A stretch of DNA of 64,000 bases. Source: Azolla caroliniana. Lineage: Eukaryota; Plantae; Polypodiophyta. The stretch spans positions 15,128,001 to 15,192,000 of the forward strand of contig JBHGNT010000004.1 in NCBI GenBank assembly GCA_043228905.1. Reading direction: 5' to 3'. Below the pieces are notes generated by a model. That model did not search any database and was not told the DNA's origin. It was given only the letters and a program-made list of their open reading frames with translations. This document shows positions 36,801-49,253 of this stretch, one piece after another (the stretch's first letter is position 1; each line of letters opens with the position of its first letter). Both the position numbers and the translations under genes were made by a program.

Positions 36801-39800
36801 TGATTAAGCCGACCCTTTTCTTGGGTATGCTGTATGCATTGGCGGTGATACATCCTTACTCCAAAAGAAAATGGGCCAGATTTCCGAAGAATTCATTGGA
36901 GCCTACGTGTGTGCGATGGGCGTTTGCAGATGTGGAGTATTCTTCGAAATATTGCTCAAGAATGTGTTGTGGCGGAGTGTCAACATTGTGTTCGCCCCCA
37001 CGCTTCAAACTAGGTGCCGCGCAAATTTGATTGTCGGTGATGGTGTCTGGATGTACCTTCTTGGCTACTGCCTGCGCTTCGGGGTGTGGAGCAGTGTCGA
37101 GGACGCGGAGATATCCTCCCAAGCCATGCCTATTGAGCCAAGTGCGGCGTCCAGTGGATACTTCAATCGTCATGGTTTTCATAACTAAGTAGGTAGGAAT
37201 TTACTGTGTTTGGGGCATGCTGCCCCCCAACATTCCTAGTTTCACCTACCTCTGGCTGGTCCTGGCCGTGCACGTGTTTGGCAAAGGGGTTCGGTGGTGT
37301 TAGTACGCGGTACGGTTTTAGCCGAAATCCGTTGACCCAATTCTTTAATGTCTCCCCGGCTAGTGTGCCGAGCTAGAATGTGTCGTTGAATGTGTTGATA
37401 ATCTAAAATGGTGTCGTCCACCGGAACCGAAGTTTTCCTGGTATTGTCCCTAGCCGTGTTTGGAATACTAGGACTGGTTTGCCGATTTCGACAGATTATT
37501 TTGGATCACGGCGATGTCGATCTATGAAAGCTTTCTGTCTCCGTTGACCGTGTTCCAATTGGGCGAAACTGGTGATGCGCTCTTCCCCGAGTTCAAGTAG
37601 TTGTCGTTCTGACTCGGATTCGGACAATCGTTCGGTTATTTGCACTTGAAGACTCGAAACTTGGAACTCGATTGACATTACGGCTTCCAAGCCAAAAGCC
37701 TTTCGAAAGGGCATGGACCCGATGCTGTTCTTGAATGCAGTGCGATAAGCCCACAATGCGATGTGTAATTTGTCGTCCTAATCCGTCTGATACTCGTTCA
37801 CGATTTTCTTGAGAATGGTCTGTAGTGTTTTGTTCGTGGATTCGGACAGCTCGTTGGTTTGAGGATAGTAGGGAGTGCTTTTCTTGTGAACCACCGCGTA
37901 ATGGGAGGTTAAATTGTGGATAAGCCGATTGATAAAGTGTCCTTCTTGATCGCTCACTAGTTCGATTGGGCATCCAAAACGACACCACAAATATTCATAC
38001 ATGAATTTAGTTGTTGATGCGGCCGTGTTGTCGCGCAGTGCTTTCGCTTCGACCCATTTTGTGAATAATCGGTCGCCACGATTATATACTTGTTACTTGT
38101 ATGCGTTGCGGGTGGTTTGAATGGGCCTGCGAAATCCAATCGCCATTTCTGGAAGGGTTTTGAAGGGAGGATTGGTTGGTGCGGCATTCTGTCTTGTTCT
38201 CTCGGTTGGCCCATGCGCTGACAAAGATCGCATTGTTTAGAGATTTCATGGGCGTCTTTTTTCGTGGTAGGCCACCATAATCCGCTTTGCCAAATTTTCT
38301 GAGCTGTGGCATCACCCACATAGTGACCGCCTGCAATGCCGTGGTGAGCGTCACGTAGAACTGCATCTTTCTCGAATTGTCGTACCGCGCGTCTCCAAAT
38401 GCATCCGAGCCTTTATGATACAGAGTGCCCGTAAACAGGCAAAAATTCTGACTTCGAACCGCCAATCGTTTCTTGGCGTCTAACGTTAGATGTTCGGGTG
38501 GGAGACCGGTGCTTTGGAAATGTGTCATGGCCGTAATCTACGTGTCTTCATGATAAGCCGGTAGAGGTGTCGTGTCAAGGGTGAACAAGCTTGCGTCAGG
38601 TAAGTCATCATATTCCGTTTTGGCTGGTTCCCCGGATTCAAGACGGCTAAGGTAATCCGCTACCACATGCTGGACCCCTAGTCGATGTTGGATATCGAAG
38701 TCAAATTCTTGAAGAAGGAGCATCCACTGTGCTTATCGACCGGTTAAGGCGTGTTTGTTAACCAGGTACAGAAGTGCCGAATGCTCCACGTCAAAAGTGA
38801 ATTTCCGACCGAGTAGATAATGGTGAAATTTCGTGATACTGTAGATCATACCAAGGGCTTCTCGTTCTGTGGTAGAGTAGTTCTTTTCGGCTGCGTAGTA
38901 TACAGGACAATACCAGTTCAGAGGTGTTTTCTCCATTAGTGCGCTTCCGATGGCGATGTTGGAAGTGTCCACAAACACATGAAAAGGTTGCGACTAGTTC
39001 GGTGGTTGTATGACTGGGGCGTGTGAGAGCATCACTTTGAGGGAACGATAAGCTTTGTCTTCCCGATCTGTTCATTGAAATGGAATCGTCTCCACCACGA
39101 CATGTAGAGGTTTTGCGAAATCGGCTAGGTAGCAGAGCATGTGACTATGCCACCAAATCTGTCCCAAAAAGCGGCTAAGAGCTTTCGCCGTGGCTGGGGC
39201 TAGAGCATTCACGATAGCATGTACCTTGTCGGGATCCATGGCTATGCCATCATGACTGACAATGTGACCGAGCAAGGTGCCGTTCGTTACGTAGAAAGCA
39301 CATTTCTCCAAGTTTAAGCTGAGTCGTGCTTGTTAGCATCGTTTGAGACATAGGCGTAGATATTTGAGGTGTTCAATTTGTTGTCCATATACGGCAAAAT
39401 CATCGAGGAAGACTTGCATGAACGCCGGGATATAGTCCTCGAAAATTTCGGCAATGATGCGTTGGAATGTGGCCGGTGTTGTTTTAAAGTCGAACATCAT
39501 GACGACTGCAACGAACACATGCCATTCGGTCACAAAAGTCGTCATCTCTTGGTCATAAGGGTGCATCTGGATCTGATTGTAGCCACTAAACCCATCTAAA
39601 AAGCCATAGCATTCGTGGTCTACGACCGCATCCAAAATGTCATCCGTGAATGAAAGCAGAAATGCATCCGTGATCGTGGCCGCGTTGAGTTTATGGTAGT
39701 CGACGCACACTTGGATTTGCCCATTCTTTTCCGGCACGACTACAATAGGGTTTAACCAGGTTGCTCTTTTGACTGGTCTAATGAACCCCACCCATAAAAG

Positions 39801-42800
39801 TTTTTCAATCTCTTCTTTTAACTTTGCGGCGTAATTTGGATTCATTCGGTATCGACGTTGTTGGACTGGTTGTGTATCCTTTTGCAGGTGAATTTGGTGT
39901 TGATAGTATTGGGGGTCCAATGCCTTCATGTCACAGTATGACCACGCGAATACGTCCTGATAGTCAGTGAGCAGCCCCAGTAGAGCTGATTGTTCATTGG
40001 GCGCCAAATCCTTCACAATTTTTACTGTTCGTGGCTCGGTAGAGGAACCAAGATTGACTTCTTCTAGTGTCGCAACTTTGACGCGTTGAGAAATTGCTAA
40101 TTCCCGATCAAGCGCGTCACAGATGTGTCCTAGCTCCTTCACGGCTTCGGGGTTTGGTTCACGTGGAGCTTCTTGTTCGGCCGTGTTGGTATTGATGAGG
40201 TATGGTTCCACTGTCGTAAGAACATCTATTTCGAAGAGAGGGACGATCGTGGGGTGCTCCTCTAAAAAAGATTCCATCTCGTCGTCGGCGAGACCGTTGA
40301 GTATATGAACTCCTTCAGCATACAACGGGATGTTGTCAGGCGGCGTAGCGATTCGTTCTTTTGTGACGATTCATACTTTCGTTTTCCCCTGGCGAAAAGA
40401 GATCATGTTGTGCTGCCAATGCTGCTTGATATTAGTTGTGGATAACCACGACCGTCCCAGCAACAACATGTACATTCCAGGGGCATCCAATCGTAATACT
40501 ACCGTAGACATAGTAAGGTATGCCCTTCGAGGATAAAACCGATCGTGTATCAGCCATTTGAAGCCAAAACGGACATGGCTCCCATTGAGTGATGCCCAGA
40601 TCGTGACATGTTGCCTCACTGATCACATTAACGCCTGATCCACTATCGATAATGCACCCATGGACCTCGCGACCTTTAATGACAATAGTTACCGCTGGAT
40701 TCGGGGAATCCATGAGTGGAGGTCCGGGTTCTGGCGCCGTGAGATGTACAGAGGAGGTAGTTGGTTCCATGCCGGCAGTAAGGGATTGGATGGTTTCTTT
40801 CCAGCGTGGAAGTAGTTGCAGTAGTTTATGCAGGAGCATGAAGATTTGGCAGTTGGTGAGGGCTTGCCAAACGGGGTCGTTGTCGGTTTATTCATTAAGG
40901 GGCGAGGGTGGTGATGGGCCATGACCGATCTCTTTCATTTCGTTGTGCATCCGATCGATGCTTGCTTGATTTGCCGCTTCGATATACTACTTAGCGGTTT
41001 GGCGAACCTCATCCTGGATCTCCCATTGTGACTGTTGGCCCTTACTTCAGGTGGTAACTTGTTGAACGTCAACCAAAATCATATTCACGGTTGGTGCTTT
41101 CCCATGATTGTTCGTCGAAAATTGATTAGAGTAATGGCTTGGTTGATTATAGTTGAAGCAGGTTATAGTGGTGGAGTGGTTGGGTTCTCGTTGCTTGAAT
41201 TGAGGCTGTGCTAGGTTGCGTGGTTGATCTTCTCGAGCTGACTGGGAATAGGAATGTAGAAGGTTTTCACGAGGCTCGGATTGAGGAGGCCGCCAATAAT
41301 TGGTGCGCAGAGGGTTTCAATGATGGTTGTTGAAGGGTCGTCGATTATTCCCCGAAGGTAGGAAGCCACGATTATAATTTGGGGGCCGTCGATTGTGCCG
41401 TGGGTACCGGGGTTCGTGATAGTCTCCCCGATTGTAGTCATCACATTAATAGGGGTCCTCCGGATAATAGTGCTCGTCACGATAATAATGTGGCCGATTA
41501 TGATAGTATGGTGGCTCCGGTTGGTAGTGGGGATCCCGGTGATAGGGATCCGGTTCAGGGTGGTAGCCATCGTTTCGGTGAAGCCGATCATCCTCCCAAG
41601 GTTGTTCAACATCTCTATTCTGTGGTGGTGGTCGCTCATCCTATTGCGAACGATTGTGGCGTGGCTCGATTTGTTGTACCGGAACCGAGTTAGTATGATT
41701 GAGCATGTTGTACTCACATATCTCAATCGTATGTATTCTAGAATGGCAGATGGGACAGTGTGGTCGTAGAGGGAAATCGATAGCCGAGTGATCGGACTTG
41801 GCACAAGTCGTGCATTGCAATGCTTGCCGAAACTGGGTCTCCTCGGTTGTTGGCAAGGTGGTTTGGAGCATGCCCATGGAGAAAGAATTGTTATGATGAG
41901 CCTTATCTAAAGCGAGAACACGAGCGACCTCTTGCTCGATAGTGTGTTGTTGTGAAAAATCCGTAAGGGCCAACGTTGTGCTCAACGGCTCCCGGAGTTC
42001 GGCAAGGAACGTATCTTTTAAATGATTGGCGGACACATCCTGTGCGAGTTGCCGGTATAGGTCTTGCAATCAAATGGTAAATTGGGAAACCGTTTCATTG
42101 GGTCCCTGGGCAATGGTATAGAACTGGCGGAGCAGTTCACGCTTAGGAATCTCCCGGTGGAATAACTCCAAAAACTCTGTGCGGACATCTTGGAATGTGG
42201 TAAACTCCCTCGGATCGTGGTGAGAATACCACCATGTAGCGGGCCGTCTGGAGAAAGGGTAAATTCCGCAATTTTGGAGGCGTCCACCTCCGCAGTGGTG
42301 AGGTGCTACGTAGAATGGTTGGCTTTCCACGTGGAGAAAAGAGCGGATTTGAGATTCCGCGTCGGGACCATCCATGTAGCGGGTATAGGAGTGGTACGAC
42401 ATTGCATCTAGATCTGGGTCATCCGGTAAGTTTGGGAAGGGGTTAAACTCGGATTGTTGAGAGACTGCTAGCAAAATCGGAGGAATGGCGAGTTCGGGGC
42501 TGGTATGTTATTGTGTGTTGGGGATGATTGATGAGGGGTGCGATTCTGGGTTTCTGGTGATGAGTGCTAAGTGATTGCGGAGTCAGCGGTATCCTCGACT
42601 GGCTCGGTGTGGCTGGATGTGATCCGAGTGTGGGTAAGACGGTTGGGCGCTGTAATGGCGGCTAGGGGTGTCTACTTGTGTGGAATAATGCTTGACCACA
42701 ACCGAGACTCAAACAGTTTATGAAAGAACAAAATAGAAATGGAGGTTCGTACACTTACATAGAAGGGACAACACATGATGTTTACGTGGAAAACCCTAAT

Positions 42801-42914
42801 AGGGAAAAACCACGGGAGCCCACAGACTCCAACTATCACTATATGAGAAATGAGGTATAATAGGCACTCAGAGGAAACGACATCGAGCTCTGTATCTTCG
42901 CAAACCGGCAACTT

Positions 42915-42951
<37 letters not shown>

Positions 42952-43614
42952 GTACAGAGGCAACTACCACGTTCTAACTTTTCAATAATGATCACTAACT
43001 CTCACTATAAGATTTGCCCTAGTTGCTTATATACTAGTACAACTTTCGAACTATTTACAAGTATAGCTCACAGAGGCTTATTTTGACTATTTATAGATAT
43101 AGTCTCTTGAGTTGGCTATCTACACGATTTCGGTTTCGACCTCGGCCTATTGGCCTCGAGCGATTTCCTCATCAACTCGGCTCTTCTCTTGTCCCATCCG
43201 GAGGAACCTGTTTCCCAACACTACCGACGTTTGTTCGCTGTCATGCACAACGTGAACCGGGCGTACCAAATTGTGTAATCCCCTTCTTCGGAAGAAACAC
43301 CTTTGATTGTCCTTACAGAAATCGGATCTAGGGGTCATGGTATGTGGTGGAAAGAAAATTAGAATGTGCACGAGATTGGCTCTGCAATCAGTGCCATGTA
43401 ACGAAATGATCAGTGTCACTTAGCTGTAGGATACGATCTTATTTCAAGAATAAACTTCTAAGTGTGACCATCATTTTCGGCTACACGTATTGTGGTTGTG
43501 TTCATTCGGCTGCATGTTTCTTATTACTTACCCGATTATTGTTGCCTTCACCTATTTTGCCTACCTCTAGATTCATTTCACATTTAATATACAAAAATTG
43601 TCCCATGGACAACA
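33835..43614 (-). mobile_element. Full-length decayed non-chromovirus Ty3/gypsy element G2 (related to G1): gag, PR, RT, RH, INT and extra 3' ORF
   Basis: LTRs 33835-34394 and 43274-43614; the latter has an internal deletion. Near-TSD GTGAT / GTGAG. PBS TGGTACGCCCGGT at 43268-43256 (minus). Motifs IIDSGSGVNVI, RT VFLDDF (39333-40325), RNase H NYSTTEREALG. Integrase at ~37300-38500. Confidence 0.92.
42677..43220 (-). mobile_element. Solo copia LTR (Tork-like, related to the 48545-54057 LTR) inserted at the gag start of G2
   Basis: TG...CCCAACA ends. Near-TSD CTACT / CTACC. Shares GATGTTTACGTGGAAAACCCTAA...GGGAAAAACCACGGGAG with the intact element's LTR. Confidence 0.85.
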
Positions 43615-44767
43615 GTGAGTGATTATCTATCCTATTAATAAAAACTATTACTTAAAAAAGTGCTTCTGCTAGCGTAGGGGGTAAATTGAATCTTGTGCTA
43701 ATGATTTTGTGTGGCATTGCGTATTTGCTTCGGATTAGACATGAGAGCACTATGACCAATGATCTCTCTAATTGCAACCACATGAAAGGTGGTAGCCCTA
43801 GAGCCCAAACCACCATTGCATACATAATGGAGGGGTTACTAATGAATCGAAGAGCCACCCCTTTGTTCGTGGCCCTTGGATGTATGCTTGATGGCATCGT
43901 ATCTCTAAAAGTGGGAGGGAGGGATATCCTATTTTAATATATCTTTTGTTACCTATGTCATAACACATCTACTTGAGTGAGCTCCAAAAGTGACTCCAAG
44001 ACATAAATATGATTTGACTCTAACCTGGATATATGCGTGAAAGATGAGTTAGATTTTTGTAGATTCACTATGAGTCCTCTTTGTTTGCAAAAGTTGTCTA
44101 AGGCATTAAGGTGTCTTTGTAGGTTGTGTTTAGAGTTGGAGAGAAACTGTATCGTCTACATAAAACTAAAGATTGACTTGCGTACCCCTTAGGTTTACTA
44201 CATTGCCTCCCTTACAAGCAATAAAATCATTAATCTCATCAATGTAGATCCCAAAAAGAGTTAGTGATAGGGAACAACCTTGTTAATAAGAGGCTTGAAC
44301 GATAGTAGTGATGCCCTAAGACATCTAGAAGAAGATATAACCAAAAAGTTAATCAACCTTTCCAAAATAACTTGGTAAGACTAGAATGGTGATGTAGGAT
44401 GTCAGATTCTGTTCATGCGGTGATTTAGGGTTGAGGGGTTCTCTTCTTCTTCTTCTTCTTCTTCTTTCATGAGCATATTTTAGAGTTTGGGGCTCCCCTT
44501 TTACTTCTTTTATGCAGAAATTTACAGTGGGAGATTCCCTTTCCTTTCTTTTTCTTTGATGAGGAGAAATTAGTGTTTGGAGATATTAGAATTTTTCTTT
44601 TTCTTCTTCTTCTTAATTGTTAGAGTATAGGTTAAATAATAATACTAATATTATATATTATAACCATCTTTCTCGGTAACATTCACCAAGAAAGGCTCTA
44701 ACTACCTTCAAGTAGTTATAAATAGGCCTCTAGGCCCAATGTTGTCATAGGGCATTTCAATATAATA

Positions 44768-44806
<39 letters not shown>

Positions 44807-44944
44807 CGTAATTAGCTTACCCTATTGGTAAGTTGTTACACTACAAACCACTACATCTTGGGTTTCGAATGTTGTCATAGGGCGTTTCAATATAATACCC
44901 TCTCTCTCTCTCTTATCATAATTAGCTTACCCTATTGGGCGTTC

Positions 44945-45224
44945 CTTGTTGTTTGCTGAGCACATAACTGATATGTCCCTACATACTTCCACATACGCAT
45001 CGAACATCATAGACAACAAGTTGTATAAGAGTGACGTGATGTTCGGTGGCAAGAAAAGAAGTAGAGAAAGTTGAAAAAGAAGACTAGGTCAGTAAAAACC
45101 TCACTTTCAAAAACCTTCAACATTTGGAACGGGAGTTGAAATTCGAAAGTTCGATGGAAAAAACTTCGCCCTATGGAAGGAGATGATGCAGGATGTTCCA
45201 ATAATCAAAGACAATTCGAAGCTA
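44945..45224 (+). mobile_element. Copia 5' remnant (LTR end, degenerate PBS, gag start); same LTR family as 61366-61654
   Basis: ...CATACGCATCGAACATCATAGACAACA ends at 45018 and is identical to the LTR end at 61654. gag motif KFDGKNFALWKEMMQD. Confidence 0.75.
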
Positions 45225-45458
45225 TGTTGGGAATTCGGTCCCTCAGGATGGATCCAGATGAGATCGGGATGAGCTAGATTAGATGAGCCGAAGGAAGGAA
45301 CTGGACCAGACAGATCCGGTGTGAACCGGATCCAAGGACATATCTATAAATATGTTTCTAGTGTGCCTATCATGGCCATATTTGTAAATAGTCCTAAAGT
45401 CATATAAGTAGAAATATGACTTAGGGAAATCACTTCAAAAGTGTGTGTATAGAGAGAG

Positions 45459-45464
<6 letters not shown>
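45225..45464 (+). mobile_element. Truncated Tork-like LTR
   Basis: TGTTGGGAATTCGGTCCCTCAGGATGG resembles the reverse complement of the 54057 LTR end. It stops at a (GA)n tract. Confidence 0.7.
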
Positions 45465-45507
<43 letters not shown>

Positions 45508-47796
45508 TAGATAGATAGATTATATTATCGTCTTTGGAGATCAAATATGACCTATGAGACCAAAAATATTACATTTCACGTGATACGTGTGAAAGTGAGT
45601 AGTGACTCTCGATGTTCAAGAACTTTACCAATGAATGTTGCAATCGAGAGTGCACATTGTGGTTGTGAGAGGAATTCATGCAAAGATTGGGCTCGATCGA
45701 AGAGATGTGGAAAGCATGGTCGAATATGATCAAAGGCAGAGCATTGTATCAAAGTGTGATACTCAGACTCGCGAACTTGTTTAGGGCAAAGTGTGCATAA
45801 CCGACCACTCTCATCACTTGTACCCCAACGCCCTGTTTCACATCGCAATGCATGTGAGCTAAGTCGCATGGAAGCAATGGTTCGAATGGCAGATACCGGT
45901 ATGGGCTCTAACATGTATGGATGTGTACGATTTCCCCGTTCCGCAAAGAATATGGTTTTGTAGTTAGGTGCAACATGTGTAGTATAATGTGTGAAGCGTG
46001 AGCCTCCACATTTGTCCCATGTCATGATACATTGGCGTTGCAAAAATGCCTCATTTACAGAGGAATCTAATGATGCATCATGAAGCAAGTGTCTCGCATC
46101 CCATCTACCAAACCATTTTTCTAAATCTTGCATCCAACCGGAACACAAAATTTTGCTTTTATGCGTCTTTTGGATCTTTTTGCTTGCTTCCCACGCAATT
46201 CTAGGAAGTCGATGTGAGGGACTTTTTTGAACCTTAAGCATGTATTCAACAACCATTTCCATGGCCATCATCTCAATGGGAAGCGATCCCGTCTCAAGGA
46301 GGAGGAGGGTGTAGGGCGTTTGTTTCTTAACTTGTAGAAACTTGGTAAGAAAATGCTTTTGGACATTTTCAAACTCTTTCCACATAGACTTAGGGATGCT
46401 ACCGCCCCATACTTCCACCCCATAGAGAAGAACTGGTGTCACCAAAGTGTCAAAAAGATATTTCTTGAGGACCCAACACTTAATATCTCCAAGATTGCAT
46501 GTGTTCTCAAATGCATAATATGCTCGTTTGCCCGCCTCTAAGCGGCGTGTAGCACATTCATTCCATCTATGATTTGAAGGAACTTCAAGGCCAAGATATT
46601 TGAAGCTTTCCACACATTCAAGTGGCTCATTGTTGTACATAATGCATGGTTTATCTCTTTTTTGGCTCTTCACAAGCATAATCTTTGTTTTAGAGCTATT
46701 GACACTTAATTTAGTATGCATGCAAAATTTTTCCAATGCCTTCATAAGCTTTTGTGCATCTCCTAAAGTATTTGCAAAAAGCACTACGTCATCTGCATAT
46801 AGCAAAAGCATAATCACAACATTCCCAATGGCAACTTCTTCAAGACATTCTTCCTTTGCAAACTTGGTAACCATTTCTTCCAATTCATCAATGCATAGAC
46901 CAAATAGTGTTGGTGAGAGTGGGCATCCTTGCTTAACACCAATAGTGCTTTTGAAAAAATCTGAAAGTTTATCTTTCATGCGCACACAACATATAACCTT
47001 CTCATAAATTCGGGAAATTGCAAGCATATATTCACTTGGCACCTCAAGTTCTTCCATTCGCCTCCAAAGATGCTCACGAGGTACCATATCAAAAGCTTTC
47101 TTGAAGTCTACAAAGCAACAATATAAACCTTTACCTCTAAGGCGACTTTCCTCCATTAATACTCGAAGGGTGATAAGGTGATCAATGGTGCTATGGTGTT
47201 TCCGAAAGCCAGCTTGTCCATAAGCTCTCTTACCACTTTTTTCAGCCCATACACTTATCTTTGATTCCATTATACATCCAAATAGTTTTGCCATTAATGA
47301 GCCAACCATGATGGTTCGATAATTGTTTACATTATTTATATCTCCACCTTTATGTAAAGGTTTGATCCAATTTGTAGTCCAATCGTACGGCATACCATGT
47401 TGCAATGCATCATTAAACATATCGCTTATCCATATATGTGCTTCCTTTCCCGTCCATTTGAGCATTTCAGCCTTTATACATTGAAGATCGCTTGCCTTTC
47501 GAGAGGCCAATTTCTTAAGTCCTATGCATATATCTTCAATTGTAAAGAAGGAAGGCATATGTGAAAGAGAACCATAACACATCATCTTTCCGGCAAGCGA
47601 TAACTCATATAAATTCTTACAATGCATAGACAAGTCGTGAAGAGTTAAGTCACCATAACTCTCAACACGTTTTCCCTTTAGATTTCCCCAAAATTTAGCA
47701 CATGCATGTATTTCTCTTGCGTTTGGATAAATTGTTGAGTAACTTCCCATATTCTTCTCTTTCTTTGAATAAGCCTTTTATACTCATGCAAATGCT

Positions 47797-47797
<1 letters not shown>
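45465..47797 (-). mobile_element. Young 5'-truncated LINE (RTE/RTEX-like) with (TCTA)n(TC)n tail
   Basis: Uninterrupted RT plus zinc-finger ORF, short 3' UTR with stem-loop, and (GA)n on both sides. Confidence 0.88.
45576..47750 (-). CDS. LINE ORF2 C-terminal part: reverse transcriptase plus C-terminal zinc finger (no endonuclease)
   Basis: 724 aa with NYRTIMV, QAGFR, FVDFKKAFD, GVKQGCPLSPTLF, LLYADD, FKYLG and RLCTLC...ESEYHTLIQC. Confidence 0.88.
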   Translation of the reverse strand: MGSYSTIYPNAREIHACAKFWGNLKGKRVESYGDLTLHDLSMHCKNLYELSLAGKMMCYGSLSHMPSFFTIEDICIGLKKLASRKASDLQCIKAEMLKWTGKEAHIWISDMFNDALQHGMPYDWTTNWIKPLHKGGDINNVNNYRTIMVGSLMAKLFGCIMESKISVWAEKSGKRAYGQAGFRKHHSTIDHLITLRVLMEESRLRGKGLYCCFVDFKKAFDMVPREHLWRRMEELEVPSEYMLAISRIYEKVICCVRMKDKLSDFFKSTIGVKQGCPLSPTLFGLCIDELEEMVTKFAKEECLEEVAIGNVVIMLLLYADDVVLFANTLGDAQKLMKALEKFCMHTKLSVNSSKTKIMLVKSQKRDKPCIMYNNEPLECVESFKYLGLEVPSNHRWNECATRRLEAGKRAYYAFENTCNLGDIKCWVLKKYLFDTLVTPVLLYGVEVWGGSIPKSMWKEFENVQKHFLTKFLQVKKQTPYTLLLLETGSLPIEMMAMEMVVEYMLKVQKSPSHRLPRIAWEASKKIQKTHKSKILCSGWMQDLEKWFGRWDARHLLHDASLDSSVNEAFLQRQCIMTWDKCGGSRFTHYTTHVAPNYKTIFFAERGNRTHPYMLEPIPVSAIRTIASMRLSSHALRCETGRWGTSDESGRLCTLCPKQVRESEYHTLIQCSAFDHIRPCFPHLFDRAQSLHEFLSQPQCALSIATFIGKVLEHRESLLTFTRIT

Positions 47798-47827
<30 letters not shown>

Positions 47828-49021
47828 AAGATATATTAACGTCTTCTAAGGCCAAAATTGGCCCATGAGACAAATGGTTTACAACAAAAATTGAGAAATT
47901 TACCCATTCATCGAAAGTAAAAAATAAAAAAAGACTTTTAAGCTAATAGTTCTAGTAAAATAAAATAACAAACATGTTCTACAATGAAAATGATGTTATA
48001 CTAGGCCTAATTTCATTTCCATCAAAGTCTCTCGAAGAGAAGCGGGAGGTCAAAGGGTTTCGATGTGGATGTGGCCCGTGGCCCCAATGTAAAAGGTACC
48101 CCAACCATAGCTTCTAGTCGATGTAGCTCACGTTCCCTTATCTTCTTAATCTTTTCTATTCCGTTCGACTTGTTTTGAAGCCCAACATCCGAGGGCGTTT
48201 GGTTGTTCTTTCCGTTTTGGCTTCCTCAAGAGAGAGGCCGAGCGGCGTAAGTGTATCCACATTCATCGTCTCCCCTTGTTCTTGAAAAATTACACTAGTT
48301 GCAAGTTGATGAATAGTAAAAGTGTTATGGTTAACACTTTGTAATTTATTCTCCCCATGTTGTTTTAACTCTAAAATATACCTACCTAGTCTCTTAACAT
48401 CCGGGGTATCTAATAGTTTGGAGAGGGTGGGAGAGGGTCCTAATATGTCTTGGTATTCCACTCACGCATCTCGGCATAAGTTGCGCACTTGCATGTGAAG
48501 TGATACTCATCCTCTATCTCTATGTGGCACAACCTACATAGCCTTGTTGCAATTCCGTGCTCGGCCACAACCGAGGAACAGGATCGATTCGCAAAAAATG
48601 GGAAATACAAGAATGCACGAAGAACAACAGAGAGAAGAGCACACAGGATGTTTACGTGGAAAACCCTAAATGGGGAAAAACCACGGGAGTCCTCTAACTC
48701 CAACGATCACTATACACAGAGATGTACAATGGTGAGGCTACAAGGCAACAACCTTGAGCTCGCTGTCCTCGCCACAGGCGGCGGTATTACACAGAGGCGT
48801 AGTTCTCTTCCTTCCTCTTTCTCTCTCACTCTCTCTCGGCTGCTCTCACTTCGCTCCCTCTTAGTGGAAAACAGAAAAATGAGCAACAACATAAACTGTT
48901 TGCCCTAAGTCATATTTATACACATATGACTTTCGGGCTATTTACAAATATAGCCTCAAGGGCTCTTGGCAAACATATTCACAAATATGTCCCCGCATCC
49001 GGATCTCTCTCCGGGTACATT

Positions 49022-49195
49022 CATCATCCGGTTCCGTAACCGGGGTCTTCATCATCCGGTTCCGTAACCGGGGTCTTCATCATCCGGCTCCGTAACCGGG
49101 ATCTTCAGCATCCGGATCCGTAACCGGGTACTCGTCATCCGGCTTCATGCCGGGTACTCTTCATCATCCGGTTCCGTAACCGCAACCGGGCTTGC
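49022..49195. repeat. ~28-bp palindromic tandem repeats in the LTR U3 (also at 53836-54009)
   Basis: About six variants of CATCATCCGGTTCCGTAACCGGGGTCTT. Confidence 0.9.
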
Positions 49196-49253
49196 CGTCA
49201 TTCATCTCCGGACATCCCATCCGGAGGGACCGAAATCCCAACAAACTCCCCCT

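Larger units (their letters stand above)
32498..44285 (-). mobile_element. Decayed LINE split by gypsy G2 (parts 32498-33834 and 43615-44285)
   Basis: (TC)n tail at ~32498-32524. Zinc-finger ORF 33323-33745 (QLRVSSHQLEIE...ICTLCH). RT remnants at 43650-44285 (QGCSLSLTLFGIYIDEI). Confidence 0.8.

Noticed and set aside
41211-41804. Hydrophobic membrane-like ORFs (possible env)
   Set aside because: Alternate frames of the low-complexity, repetitive gag C-terminal region of G2.
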